DNA of 62,806 nt, the filler included, from Chiloscyllium plagiosum (lineage: Eukaryota), in NCBI RefSeq assembly GCF_004010195.1. It is 4 parts of one record of this genome, joined end to end, with 100 filler letters (N's around TTAATTAATTAA, not from the genome) between each part and the next. Parts side by side here need not be neighbours in the genome. Positions count along the whole stretch, not along the records: positions 34,676 to 53,691 come from NC_057716.1; 3 more parts are not named here. One strand, 5' to 3'. The notes under the pieces are model-generated. The model was not told the DNA's origin. It made no database searches and was given only the letters and a program-made list of their open reading frames with translations. How positions within the stretch are numbered: position 1 is the stretch's first letter; each line of letters opens with the position of its first letter. The position numbers and the translations under genes are program-made. Positions 40,876-53,791 of the stretch are shown here, piece after piece.

Positions 40876-41935
40876 TGTTTTACGTCCTTGGTGGTTAATG
40901 CCCTATCCACAGAACTGTACAACTGTCTGTATTCACAGAAACCAAAGCTGCTTAAGAGTTTTAAACTCATTCTTTATCCAAATTCTCTATTGTCCAAAGT
41001 TGCTGTCCAGTTAGTCTTTAATTTGTTTTCCAAATATCTATCACCAAGCTATTGGAGTCTTATGTAGATGACTGCCACTGTTACTATGAGTGAGTTTGTC
41101 TCCAACACAGTGCTTTACCTACTGTGGTTTGGTTTAGGTAAGCACCAGCAACATACAAAACTGAGCATGGATATCATGGGATTGAAAAATCCAACAGACA
41201 TTTATTAGAATTAACTATTATGTACAAACATTTCATCCCTTAGCAATGTAAGTGTCTGGGATAACATTAAGCTACTAGGTTTACAACAGAGAAGCATGCT
41301 TCAAATAGAGTGTCATGCTTCAAGTGGTATGAAATAAGAGACATTTATAGCCTCAGGTCACATGCAGTGTTGATATACAGTGATAATATCATGACCATGT
41401 CTCTTAAAAGTCATACTGACCATGGAACCTAACACTAACAAGGGCTTTCCTTTAAAATGGGGGCTGACACTACTTGAGGAAAGGCAGGAACGTTTCCAAA
41501 CATTTGTCCTGCAGTAACATTGTCTATTTGTTGGGTTTGGCTGTGAAACAGTGATACTATAGCACACAAATTACATTTGCAAAAAGCTTTTGGCAGATGA
41601 AGCAGTTTCACAAATAAAACCGGGATGCACATTTGAAGGCAAGATAAAATGTCACATCAGTGAATACTGAATCTTCATTCAATCCTCATTGCTGGCGGAC
41701 AAGTCAATCTAAAGTATCCCTGAAGAATACTAAAACTTTTACCTTTGTTTAAACTTTTATAAATGAATGCGGTATATTATTGGGGAAGTTATATTTTCAA
41801 ATTTAGACACTTGAGGGTGGTGTGGGGGTGGGGGTGGGAGATCATTTTAACAATAACTTGCTGGGCTGGAATCTTCCTTAAGTTGGGTGGGATGTTGGCT
41901 TTACACCTCATGAACAATTACTTGATTAAAATCAA

Positions 41936-42145
41936 AAATCACACAACACCAGGTTATAGTCCAACAGGTTTAATTGGAAGCACACTAGCTTTCGGAGCGA
42001 CTCTCCTTCATCAAGTGATTGTCACCTGATGAAGGAGCGTCGCTCCAAAAGCTAGTGTGCTTCCAATTATACCTGTTGGACTATAACCTGGTGTTGTGTG
42101 ATTTTTAACTTTGTACACCTCAGGCCAACACCGGTATCTCCAAAT
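41936..42145 (+). mobile_element. Fold-back miniature Penelope-like pLTR with hammerhead motifs, family C
   Basis: 85-bp inverted arms 41934-42018 / 42022-42106, 3-nt loop; exact 15-bp TSD CTTGATTAAAATCAA (41921-41935, 42146-42160); CAC-CTGATGA-AGGAGC-gtc-GCTCC-(G/A)AAAGCTA-GTG. Confidence 0.82.
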
Positions 42146-42806
42146 CTTGATTAAAATCAAGTGTTCTGTGAAACCAGTGCTGCACCCAAGCTGAGTAGTC
42201 TGACAGTGTTGTCTTGGTGCTCAGTGTAAACTGATGTAAAATTCCAATGAATCTATCCTGGTGATATATATGTTACCCCTCTGCCCAATCAGAGCAATAT
42301 GTGAAAATTTCCACTTTACACAGTAGCCATTTCTACCATGTCCCATGTACCCATAATTGCAGAATTGTTTGATCAATCTCTAACACAAGAAAATGTACAA
42401 TCAACAGTTTCAAGTGTTTTCTTCCACACAATCATTTCTTTTATTTGCAACTGATAATGATAGGTGCACATTGGAAATGTTTACAAGGGCCAGCGTACAA
42501 ACTGTAGGGAGAATCACTTTTTTCTACCCATTGGCTCTTACACAAATGTTTCAACTGTAGCAGGCAATGCATATTAAGAGAACACATTTTGCAGTGTTAC
42601 TGTGAGATTTAAACGGATTGCTGCATTTAGCTCCTGCAGCTGCAGACACTTCAGAGTAAACCAACTCTTTTCATAAAACTCTGAGCACGAGCTGTTTAAA
42701 GCAAATTAACTTGTTTGTAAACCCTATTGGGGAAGGTAGTTCATTTGAACAATGTCGCATTAACAGAAGCAGTGCTACTGCAATAGCTGTTTTACATTTC
42801 AATCAG

Positions 42807-42845
42807 TCAACCTTTTGTGCTAACTTCTTGGACTTCACGCAGGAG
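42807..42845 (+). CDS. Putative 39-nt exon, unidentified gene
   Basis: tttacatttcaatcag| ... GAG|gtatgt; phase-2 reading QPFVLTSWTSRR is frame-compatible with the 50277 exon. Confidence 0.35.
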
Positions 42846-43184
42846 GTATGTGATTATGAAACTAATTATTACACTTTTTCAAACATAGTGCAACTTAAAA
42901 TTCAATTACCTTTCATTTATTCAATGAATAATTCATTCCTCTTAAAATTCTATATTAACAAGTTTCTTTTTTGAGAGCAAAGAGGAGAAAATAAATACTT
43001 GTGTCCACCAAGCCCAGGAATGGAACACTACACCTGCACAGAGCATCAGATAAAGTATGGTACCCCTGTATAACAGAAGTTCCCAGCTCAGTGGTACAAC
43101 ATCTTGAAGGTTGTCCACTGGAGATTAACCCCAAAGAAGTGTCTAGAATTTAAGACAGTGAATGTAGTGATCATGTTCAGTATT

Positions 43185-44600
43185 AAGAAAGGTAGTAAGG
43201 ACAAATCAGGGAACTATAGACCAGTGAGCCTAATGTCGGTGGTGAGCAAGTTGTTGGAGGGAATCCTGAGGGACAGGATGTACATGTATTTGGATAAGCA
43301 AGGACTGATTAGGGATAGTCAACATGGCTTTGTGCATGGGAAATCATGTCTCACGAACTTGATTGAGTTTTTTGAAGAAGTAACAAAGAGGATTGATGAG
43401 GACAGAGCAGTAGATGTGATCTATATGGACTTCAGTAAGGTGTTCGACAAAATTCCCCATGGGAGACTGGTGAGCAAAGTTAGATCTCACGGAATATAGG
43501 GAGAACTAGCCATTTGGATACAGAACTGGCTCAAAGGTAGAAGACAGAGGGTGGAGGGTTGCTTTTCAGACTGGAGGCCTGTGACTAGTAGAGTGCCACA
43601 AGGATCAGTGCTGGGTCTACGTCTTTTCGTCATTTATATAAGTGATTTGGATGTGAGCATAAGAGGTATAGTTAGTAAGTTTACAGATGACACTAAAATT
43701 GGAGGTATGGTGGACAGTGAAGAAGGTTACCTCAGATTACAATAGGATCTGGACCAGATGGGCCAATGGGATGAGAAGTGACAGATGGAGTTTAATTCAG
43801 ATAAATGCGAGGTGCTGCATTTTGGGAAACAAATCTTAGCAGGACTTATACACTTAATGTTAAGGTCCTAGGGAGTGTTGCTGAACAAACAAACCTTGGA
43901 GTGCGGTCTCATAGATCCTTGAAAGTGGAGTCGCAGGTAGATAGGATAGTGAAAAAGGCGTTTGGTATGCTTTCCTCTACTGGTCAGAGTATTGAGTACA
44001 GGAATTGGGAGGTCATGTTGCGGCTGTACAGGACATTGGTTAGGCCACTGTTGGAATATTGCGTGCAATTCTGGTCTCCTTCCTATCGGAAAGATGTTGT
44101 GAAACTTGAAAGAGTTCAGAAAAGATTTACAAGGATGGTGCCAGGGTTGGAGGATTTGAGCTATAGGGAGAGGCTAAACAGGCTGGGGCTGTTTTCCCTG
44201 GAGTGTCGGAGGCTGAGGGGTGACCTTATTGAGGTTTACAAAATCATGAGGGGCAAGAATAGGATAAATAGACAAAGTCTTTTCCCTGGGGTTGGGAAGT
44301 CCAGAACTAGAAGGCATAGGTTTAGGTTGAGAGGAGAAAGGTACAAAACAGACCGAAGGGGCAACTTTTTCACACTGAGGGTGGTGCATGTATGGAATGA
44401 GCTGCCAGAGGAAATGGTGGAAGCTAGTACAATTGCAACATTTAAGAGGCATTTGGATGGGTATATGAATAGGAAGGGTTTGGAGGGATATGGGCCAGGT
44501 GCTGGCAAGTGGGACTAGATTGGGTTGAGATATCTGGTCGGCATGGACAGGTTGGACCAAAGGGTCTGTTTCCGTGCTGTACATCTATATGACTATGACA
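43185..44600 (+). mobile_element. CR1 LINE, RT domain to 3' end
   Basis: GNYRPVSL, QHGF..KSCLTNLIEFFEEVT, VDVIYMDFSK, VPQGSVLG, KFTDDTK, LVRPLLEYCVQFWSP; stops present. Confidence 0.95.
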
Positions 44601-45597
44601 CAAAAGAAGATGGTGTAAGTAAATGGACAGCAGCTTACATTCCGGCTTAGTGATTTTGATATTGGAATACCAAGTAAAACTTCAAAATTTGCTAATGATT
44701 CCAAACTTGGGAAATGAGAATGGTAATGACGGACTTAAGTTGGACAACAGAACAGGCTGATGTAGCGATGGAACTTAATATAGAGAAATATCTGATATTG
44801 CATTTTGGCAGAAGGAATAGGGAGAGACAATGTGGATGTGGTGGAACAGTTCTAAGGAGTTTTCAGGGAAAGATGGAACTGTGTGTTCATGTGAATGGTT
44901 CTTTGAAGGTGATATTGAAAAAATAAGTAGCAATTGTGCAAGTGGTAATGACCTTGAACTGGTCACCTTGAATGATGGCAGTAGAGGTCATGATAAAGGT
45001 ATTTGCATGGATACCTGACAGAATTATAGTTGCAAGGTTACACGGATAGAACAGGGGAATGAGACTGTTTATGGAGGGCTATTGGCCAGGAGCAGGCAGG
45101 TGGGACTAGTTTAGTTTGGGATTATGTTCAGTATGCGCTGGTTTGACCGAAGGGTCTGTTTCCATGCTGTAGGACTCTAGGCCTGGGTTGCTGTACATAG
45201 ACATGGTATGGACTTGGTGAGCTGTCATGACTCTCTGATTGTGGAAATGACAGGGTCTCAGCAGCTGGCTGGAATCCAAAGAGAGCCACATGTTGCTTCT
45301 TTTCAGGATGACCTCCTGGATCTTGTTCAGTTCAGGCACTTCACAAGTCAGCTGTGGGTCCTTCATGGGATTAAGGAATCTGGGGGTGGAGCCCCGCTGT
45401 CCAAGAGCCCCATCACCTGATGCCAACTCAAAGAAAATGGCTCAGAAACAGGACATTGTTGACAAACCAATGTGTTCACCACATTTATATACACGCTCAG
45501 CTGTCTTCATTTTTACTGTGTGTTCAGGTGAACTTAAAACCGGGTGCCAAATTATCCAAACTATCTTACTAAGCTTCTAAGGGGACAATGTGACATT

Positions 45598-46105
45598 TAA
45601 ACAAAAACAGAAATTGATGGCAAACTCTGCAGGTCTGGAAGCAGCTGTGGGCAAAAATGCAGAGTTAATGCTTTGAGTCTGGCGACTGTTCATCAGACCT
45701 GATGGCAGCAAGGAAAAAGTGCGATTTGTGTTGAAGATGAGGATGGGGGAGTGTGTTGGTTAAGGTGGGGAAGCAGAGGGATGTGCAGGGGAATGGTGAG
45801 CGATAGAAATGGAACCCAAAGACAGAGCAATATGAAAGGTGTAGGTAGATGAGGGGATTATTGAAAGCAGGTCAGGACAGAAGAGAAGCTGACTAAGTGA
45901 TAATGAGAGCTGAGAGTAGGAGAGAATGGGTAGGCCGAGCTGAAAGCAACCCATGCCATGACAAGGCCAGGATGTGGAGGTGGTTAAAAAAAAATGGAAG
46001 GATGGAATCAGGCTCTAAAATTATTGAGCTTGTGGTTGAGTCCTAGAGGCTTCAGGGCCGCCAAGCAGAAAATGCATTGCTGTCCATTGTGTTTGCGCTG
46101 AGGCT
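45598..46105 (-). mobile_element. Old Penelope-like element 3' portion (family D pLTR plus adjacent body)
   Basis: Family D terminus with decayed CTGATGA motif on the minus strand, followed by a purine-rich tract. Confidence 0.45.
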
Positions 46106-47688
46106 TGCAATGTGACATCGATCTGTTCTAAAAATATGTTCAATACCTTCAAGTTCCAGTATCTTATTGCATGCTTTTAATCCTCACTGAATATATTCAT
46201 CTTCCTAAAGGTTTATGTGATGCATTTAAAACTTAACTCAAAGTCTCCAAAGTTATTTACGAACATCATTCCAGTTTGAATCTGGAGGACACGGAAATAT
46301 TTTTACATTTTACCAACGTGCCTTTAAAGTTATGCAAAGTGATGAAAGAAAATGTGTCTTATTTTAACTTATGTATCAGCAGATGTAATGGTGATAGAAA
46401 ATCAGCAAATTGAAATCCTGCCCATGTGGTTAATTTCTGTCGTGTTTAAGGATCAATCAAATAAACAATAGACAGAAGTGTGGAACTTAAACTTCCAAAC
46501 AAATCAATATATATCAGCTAGTCCTCTTCAAATATACTTATGTAAAAATTGAAACGTTAATGTGCTGTATAACGTTCAAAATTTCAGCAAAAGAAACATT
46601 AATCTTGTAGAGGGAATTCTGAACTGCAGCTGTCACAGCATGTGTTTCACATGGGAGTGTTAGAAGCCAAGAAGAGTTTGTTTACCCTTTCCTTTGGTGC
46701 TTTCTGCTCTGTTCATGAGCAGGATTGATGATACTGGCAAATAATTCACTTCACAATAGTCTCACGATCTGGCACTCCCATGTCAGACATTGGAATTATT
46801 TGCGGTTTAAAGATTTGCTAATCTCCTCTAATCTTAAAGTCGGAACACTCCCATAAATGCTTCAAATCTTGCAACAGCCAGCCAGAAGGTCCAGGTTTGA
46901 TCAGGTTTTAGACTAGGAAGATTCCATTCAATCAAATTCCTTATGGAATCTAATTGGCTAAACATTTGGATCATGGCCACAGTAGCCTTTTCAGACCCCA
47001 CGTACTCCCTCCTTGAAGTTATTCAACATCCCTGCAACACGGATTATGAAATGTGTAACTTTAATCTAGTCATTTTCACAATCCAGACACCAAACCAGCC
47101 CTTCTCAAGCCAAGTTCAACACTGGTGCAATTGTCAGCTTACAACTCTTTTGGTCTGTTCATGCTTCTAGAGCTGTGGCCCTGAATGTCTGCAATAGCCT
47201 TGCTACATCATGAGGAAGTTAGAAAAAGAATTGATGGCCTCACTGGATAAAAATGTTTTGTTTAAAAAAATCATGGAATATTTATGGCCAATTGTTTAAT
47301 TATAGGTCAGAGATGGGAAAGCTCTCTTATTGATGACACATTCAGGAAACTGTGTTGCACTGCTCTCAAGTTAACTTCAAAATCCACTAGGTGGAAAATA
47401 GAAGACAGTGCCCATTCTTTTCTGCATTTAGTGCATTGTAACGTTATGCAGTTGTGATTTTACTGTCACTAGTGACTTCTACTGGAAATACACAGTAATC
47501 TCACTGCAATAACTTAGTTTATTGAAAGACATTGATTTCCCATCCTATCAGCAGTAAATGTCTTTAGTCAGAATAAAGGACATGTTAAACATCAAAGAGA
47601 TTAAACCTGCATCTTTGGAAAATTGCTGATGGGCTATATTTGATATCGTTTTTGTGTGCTGTTGAGACATGGTCAACAAACAGACAAT

Positions 47689-48322
47689 TGTTATGGATCA
47701 GGCCAGACCCCTCAAAACATTTTAAGAAGGTAGCCCAGACCCTAACTTTGCTAGTTGTTTTAAGTAGGTGTAGCGTGGATATTCCAGCAGAGAATCAGCT
47801 GGTCAAACCACTTCATTTTAAACAAAACAGAATTTATTTACAAGATTACTAATGAAACACAAAGAACAGAAAACAGAATACCAAATAACCTACCCTATCC
47901 AAAAACCCAACAGACTATCCCAACTTAATGACGCTGTTCCAAAATACTTGCAACAACCCCCATCAGCACCTTTTGGCACAAAAGGTAAAAGCAAACACAA
48001 GTTCATACAGAATAGACGTCAGAGAGAGAGAGTACAAGGCTGGACTTGCTTCTGGGTCCAGCAGCTTTTCCACATTACTGCTGAAATCCAAACCAAAACA
48101 GACAAAAGCTGAGCTGGGAGAATTGGCCACTCCCCTTTCATTGTATGTGTGTGTTTTGTTTTAACATGAAAGCCTTCTGCCTGAGGCAGTATCTGTTAAC
48201 TATTATCAAATAGGCCCTAAAACCCATCCAAACTCAGACTTTTTGGAACCTGTGTTTTTACGACCTCCTGAAGAAAAAAAACAAGGACAGCATAACCTTG
48301 TTAAAGGAGCAGCATCATCACA
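47689..48322 (-). mobile_element. Probable solo LTR inserted in an RTE-like LINE remnant
   Basis: TGTTATG...CATCACA termini; near-TSD acaat/ccaat; minus-strand poly(A) signal (tttatt); right flank reads NEEVLEMPG...KKRKIQYLSHII (RTE-like). Confidence 0.6.
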
Positions 48323-50276
48323 CCAATGATGGTGTTCCCTATAATCCACACCAAATGGTAAATGAGGAAGTGCTGGAAATGCCTGGAGACAAGAAGAAAT
48401 ATATTCACGATGTCAAAAAGAGGAAGATACAATACCTCAGTCACATCATTGGAGTAGACAGTAAACAGTGACAATTATTGGAAGGGAAAATGATTAGAAA
48501 ACATAGGAAAGACAAGCAGAGGTGAAAATGGATGATGGACATAAGATCATCAGTATTTAAGATATTCTTATATTAAAGAAAGTGGTGTCCAGGAGGAGAC
48601 AGCTAACTTATTATAGACCAATGGGATTGGATCTGGAACTTTTTTCAGTCAGTATCATGCAGCTTCTTGTTCTGTAAGGTTGCAGGAACACTGAACCCAT
48701 TTGTACATTCTTCTAAAATGTGGATGGTATAGTCCACTGGTCACTTATGGACTCAACGCTCGTTCACCAACCCTTTCGTTGTTTTGTACTCTGACAAGTT
48801 CAGAATCCGATAGTTCATAGCGAGTACAAAAATGGCAGGTGATTGAAATTTCCATTTATTTCAGGCATAGTTCAATTTTGGGAAACATCAAGAATTGTTC
48901 AAAAAGATACCTCTTTTGTTTGTCAGATTTTAGTAGAATTGATGAAAGGACTCATTGTTTGTTGAAACTTGGGGCTTAGGCACCAAATCCCTAATTAGAC
49001 ATTAGACCAATTCCTTCTTACATTTGTGAATTTAGATCAAAGTTCTGCTCCATATTTTTGCAATGTATATCAGGAGAAAAGGCAGTGCTAAGTTTTGGAA
49101 GATGACATTTGCAACTAGTCTGGGTGAGCAAAACGGCTGAGTGCATGCATAAGACAAGTGAAAATAAAAGCAATCAACAATGCAACTACAGATGAATTCT
49201 GTGTTGTAGTACTGTACAGCACTTGTTGCTGCCTGCTGAGAGCAAAGATTGAAAACTTTTAAGTAGAAAGGTCACAGCACCTTCTGCAGGTTGCTTTAAG
49301 ATGATGCAGCACGAACCTTACAAACCCAAAACTTCGAAGCAACATGGAGATACTGAAGTACATGAAACATGCAAAAAGAATTCGCATTGTTGATTGATTG
49401 CTCAGATAGACCCATTGCTGAATTTTTTACTTAATCCTTTTTTGATTTTTTTTAAAGCTTAGTTTCCCATTGCTTTTCAAATACCAGATTAAAATAAATG
49501 TCGAATAACACTATTATTGCACTTGGAATACATTTTGAAAGACACATTTTGTCCTTAAAAGCATATCATGTACTTGGTAAATTCACAGACACTATTGAGA
49601 CTCCACAAGTGTTTCCCGTTACAATGTTGTAACAGTATTGTAATTCAACAAAACATGACAGTTTATGTAACCTCTGCCAATCCGATTCATTGTGTATTTC
49701 CACGTGCTACATATAAACATAGCTGTTTTTGTTGAACATTAAAGAAGAGTTACATTAGTGTATTCCCAAAATTAATCAAAGGCAGAAAACCCCATTACAA
49801 ATTTTAACTGCAACATAATCTCTCCTCGTGGGTGGGCTAAATGACAACTAGGGAACTAAAGTTTTCTCAGGAGGTTGTTCCAGTAACTGAACCTGGCTGA
49901 AATTGCCATTAAAAAACAAACACACCCACGTATCCATTAATTTATGAATCTGCCAGTTTCTAATAGCTTTTTTTAAAAGTGGCTGTCTGATAAAACAAGA
50001 TCAGTATCTGGCAAAATCCTGCACTGTGCCAATACTTTTTGTGGAGAGATTCATCAAACATATTCTACACTTAGTAGTTTCCATTTACAAAGGAAAATTG
50101 TGACTAATAACACCACTTAAATTGATTCTGGCCATGTAAATTGATGGTCAACACAAAGCTTCTTCCCCAGTAGAGAAGGGCTGCAGGTGAATAGTAGTCA
50201 TGCTCACAACATCTAAGTGATTTGGGTATACAGTTGATCTGTTATACAGCACTTAATTTATTTTTCTACTTTACAG

Positions 50277-50382
50277 GCATTTTATAAATACAAGCTATTA
50301 TGAACATCTTTCTCGATATATAAATGGACCACATTCAGCACAAAGGCAACTACTCTTTGGAAAGATTCCATTACGTAAAAAG
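50277..50382 (+). CDS. Putative coding exon, unidentified gene
   Basis: Strong acceptor (tttttctactttacag) and donor (AAG|gtatgt); only one open frame: HFINTSYYEHLSRYINGPHSAQRQLLFGKIPLRKK; non-repetitive context. Protein not recognised. Confidence 0.5.
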
Positions 50383-50829
50383 GTATGTTGTCTTATCTCT
50401 AAGGAAAATGTGCGGGATGTTCATCCATGCACCTTTAACAGAATCCTAATCAAAGTTAATGTTCATCAGATATTGGAGCAAGTGGTGTTATTGGAGCCAT
50501 TTACTCTCCACATATCAACACCCTAACTGCTTTTAATGATTTGACATAAATACCATGAACACCCAATGCCCTATCATTAACTAGACATGGTCTGCAGAAA
50601 CCATTTCCTCCCACTGAAATAATTAATGAAGGCTTATGGTCTGTGCAGTCCACTACCAAGCCTTCAAAGCTTTGGTATTTCCAAGCATCGTGCACAAGGG
50701 CCCTCCTCATTGGCTCATTGGGTCAGATGCAATATGAACAAGTGCTCTCTCAATCTTGAGGATCTGTTGGAGAAAGACGTGTCAATACGAGTGCATGACC
50801 AAAGAAAAGAGAATGTCACTCAATCTAGA

Positions 50830-51725
50830 TGAAAGAACTGAGAGTTTTGTTGCTATGTTTACAGATGACACAAAGAGAAGTGGAGGGACAGGTAGCATTG
50901 AGGAAGTGGGGAGGCTGCTGAAGGACTTGGACAGGCTAGGAGAGTGGGAAAGTGTGAGGTTATGGACTTTTGTAGGAAGAATAGAGGTGTGGATTATTTT
51001 CTAAATGATGAAAGGCTTTTGAAATATGAAGCACAAAGGGACTTGGGAGTCACAATTCAAGATTCTCTTAAGATTAACATGCAGGTTCGGTTGGCAGTTA
51101 GGAAGGCAAACACGATGTTAATATATATTTCAAAAGGCCTAGAGTACAAAAGCAGAGATATACTACTGAGGATATATAAGGCTCTGGTCAGAGTGCATTT
51201 GGAATATTGTGAGCAGTTTTGGAGCCCATTTCTAAGGAAGGATGTCCTGCCTTTGCAGGAGGTCCAGAAGAGATTCACAAGAATGATTCTGGGAATGATG
51301 GACTTGTCATATGAGGAGCAGTTGAGGACTCTGGATCTATACTTGGAAATTAAAAGCATGAGGAAGGATCTCATTAAATCTTACAGAACACTGAGACACT
51401 TGGACAGAGTGGATTTGGAGAAGATGTTTTCACATGTAGGAGAGACTAGGACTCAAGGGCACACCATCAGAGTGAAGGGACAACCCTTTAGAACTGAGAT
51501 GAGGAGGAATTTCTTCAGCCAGAGGGTGGTGAATCTGTGAAATTCAATGCAATGGTATGCCATGGAGGCTAAGTCATTGAATGTAAGAAATAGATAGGTT
51601 CTTGATTAGTAAGGGAATCAAAGGTTACAGAGAGAAGGAAAGAGAATTGGGTTGAGAAACATATCAGCCAGAACTGAATGACTCACTGGGCCGAATGGCC
51701 TAACTCTGCTCTGATATCTTATGAA
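50830..51725 (+). mobile_element. CR1 RT 3' portion
   Basis: FTDDTK; ALVRVHLEYCEQFWSP; RRNFFSQRVVNL. Confidence 0.9.
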
Positions 51726-51832
51726 CACTTCAAGCCTGCTCTGCTGTTCAATATGATCATGACTGATCTGATTTTAACCTCAACTCTACATTCCTCAGTA
51801 TTTCCAATATTTCAAGATGGTGGCATGGGAAA

Positions 51833-52518
51833 GGTAGGCAGTGTCCAGGCTCATGCGCCCATCCACTCCAGACCAGCTACTTCTTTCTTTCTTCCTTACC
51901 TCTTTGGTCTTCCTTCTTTCTCTTCTTTTCTTCATCTTCTTCCTTTGACAGTGGCAGAGAATGTGACATCTTCAGAGGAGAGCAACCGATTGAGACGCTT
52001 GGCATTTGTGGGGCAGTGGCTGCACCGGCAGCACTGTGGTATGCCCAGAGCAGGGGAGTCCTGGACTCAGAGGCAGCAGCAGAGCCAGGGACTCCTGGTG
52101 TGCTTGCAGTAGGTCTGGAGTGGTGACTCCCTGGTCATCAGTGCGGCGGCAGAGTCAGGGCCTCTTGGTGGTGGGGCAAGTGTGGTTCAGCACAGGATCC
52201 AGCATTGGCATCACTGAGGTAGGCCCAGCGGCAAAGAGATAGCACCTGAAGAGCAGTGATTCCTACCTTGGTAGTTCCAGCGCAAGCAGTTGGTGGGGGG
52301 GGTGGGAGCGGGGGCAGGACATGGTGACACAGGTGTCATTGGTGATCCAGCCCAGGACTCAGGGTAGTGGCAGTGGAATGAAGATAGACTCTCTGAATTT
52401 TTTTTCTTTTTGTTCTTTTTATTTTTAAACTATTCAAAATGGCGCCAGATTGTGGTGATAGTTGAAGCTTTTCACTATTATTAATTGTAAAATGCAAATG
52501 ACAATAAATCATTCAAGT
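51833..52518 (+). mobile_element. Probable non-autonomous LINE-derived element
   Basis: Begins CAAGATGGTGGC, GC-rich body, ends cttttcact...tgacaataaatcattcaa; similar tail reversed at about 32897-32985. Confidence 0.45.
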
Positions 52519-52939
52519 CAATTTTCTTTCATCTTCTTGGCAATCAAGAATCTATCTCTACCTTAGAAATATTTAAAGATTCTGCATCCCCGTTTCAGAG
52601 ATTTTCAAAGACTGTTAATCCTCAAAGAATTTTTTTTTCCTTATCTGCTTAAATGTGTGAGCCTTTGTTTTTAAAAAATGATCCCTAGTGCTAAATTATT
52701 GGTGTTATTTTATGGCATAAACTCCAAACACTTACCTTTAAGTCAATTAGATGATGTTATCACATGACATTCCCATATAAAGGTATCCACCTTGCCTTCA
52801 ATCATTCTCCCTGAGTAGTGGAGTTAATGTATACAGTCAGCTGTATGTGTTTAAAGTACGGAAACTGATAAGTATAGAACCCAGACTGTGCACGTAACAG
52901 ACCCTGTGACATTGTAGCTTTGTAATTAATATTACACAG

Positions 52940-53152
52940 AACATAAAACATAACAGTGCAGTACAGACCTTCAGCCCTCAATGTTGCACCAACCTGTGGA
53001 ACCAATCTGAAGCCCAACTATCCTAAATTATTCCATTTTCATCCATATGTTTATCCAATGACCATTTAAATGTCTTTAAAGTTGATGAGATTACTACTGT
53101 TGCAGGCAGTGTATTCAGGCCCTGACTACTCTGAGTAAAGAAACTACCTCTG
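52940..53152 (-). mobile_element. CR1 3' end abutting the L1
   Basis: RGSFFTQ...LPATVV...FKWSLDKHMD. Confidence 0.8.
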
Positions 53153-53691
53153 AGGGATCTAAGATGGTGGCGATCTGAGAAGATCACACTGCAGAGCTTC
53201 GCATCGCAGCAGGAGCAGGACGGTCCTTTAACCCACCCAACCAAGGTCATCAGGATTTCTTGGGGTGTTGGAAAGATTGTGGAGCCCCAAGAAACATTTA
53301 AAAATTGACTTAACTGTATTTTCAGCTGTCCAGAAATGCCTAAAAAGGGAGAAGGAGGATCTGAGGCCGGGCCTGCAGCTCAGCCTGCAGCAGCCTCAGA
53401 GCAGATTACTCTCCAGGACCTGGTGAACCAGCTCTCGAAATCTCGCAAGATGTTGGGGAAACAGATTGAAGATAAGCTGACTCCAGTCTCTCTCATGCTG
53501 CAGAAGCATGAGCAGCAGCTGGGAGACCTGGAGAAGAGGACGGATGAGGTGGAGCACAGGGTCGCAGTGGTGGAAGCTGATGCCAGTTCATTCAAGGATG
53601 AGATCCAAGCCCTGAAGACGCAGGTTCGTAATTTGCGTTACCAAGTGGATGATCTTGAAAACAGGGGCAGGAGAAAAAACATTCAGATCAT
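53153..53691 (+). mobile_element. L1 LINE 5' end with open ORF1 (from 53336), cut by contig end
   Basis: 5' end ...AAGATGGTGGCG; ORF1 coiled coil ending DDLENRGRRKNIQI, an L1 ORF1p signature. Confidence 0.88.
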
Positions 53692-53791
53692 NNNNNNNNN
53701 NNNNNNNNNNNNNNNNNNNNNNNNNNNNNNNNNNNTTAATTAATTAANNNNNNNNNNNNNNNNNNNNNNNNNNNNNNNNNNNNNNNNNNNN
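53692..53791. other. Artificial contig spacer
   Basis: Same 100-nt design; L1 ORF1 on the left, CR1 endonuclease on the right. Confidence 0.95.
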
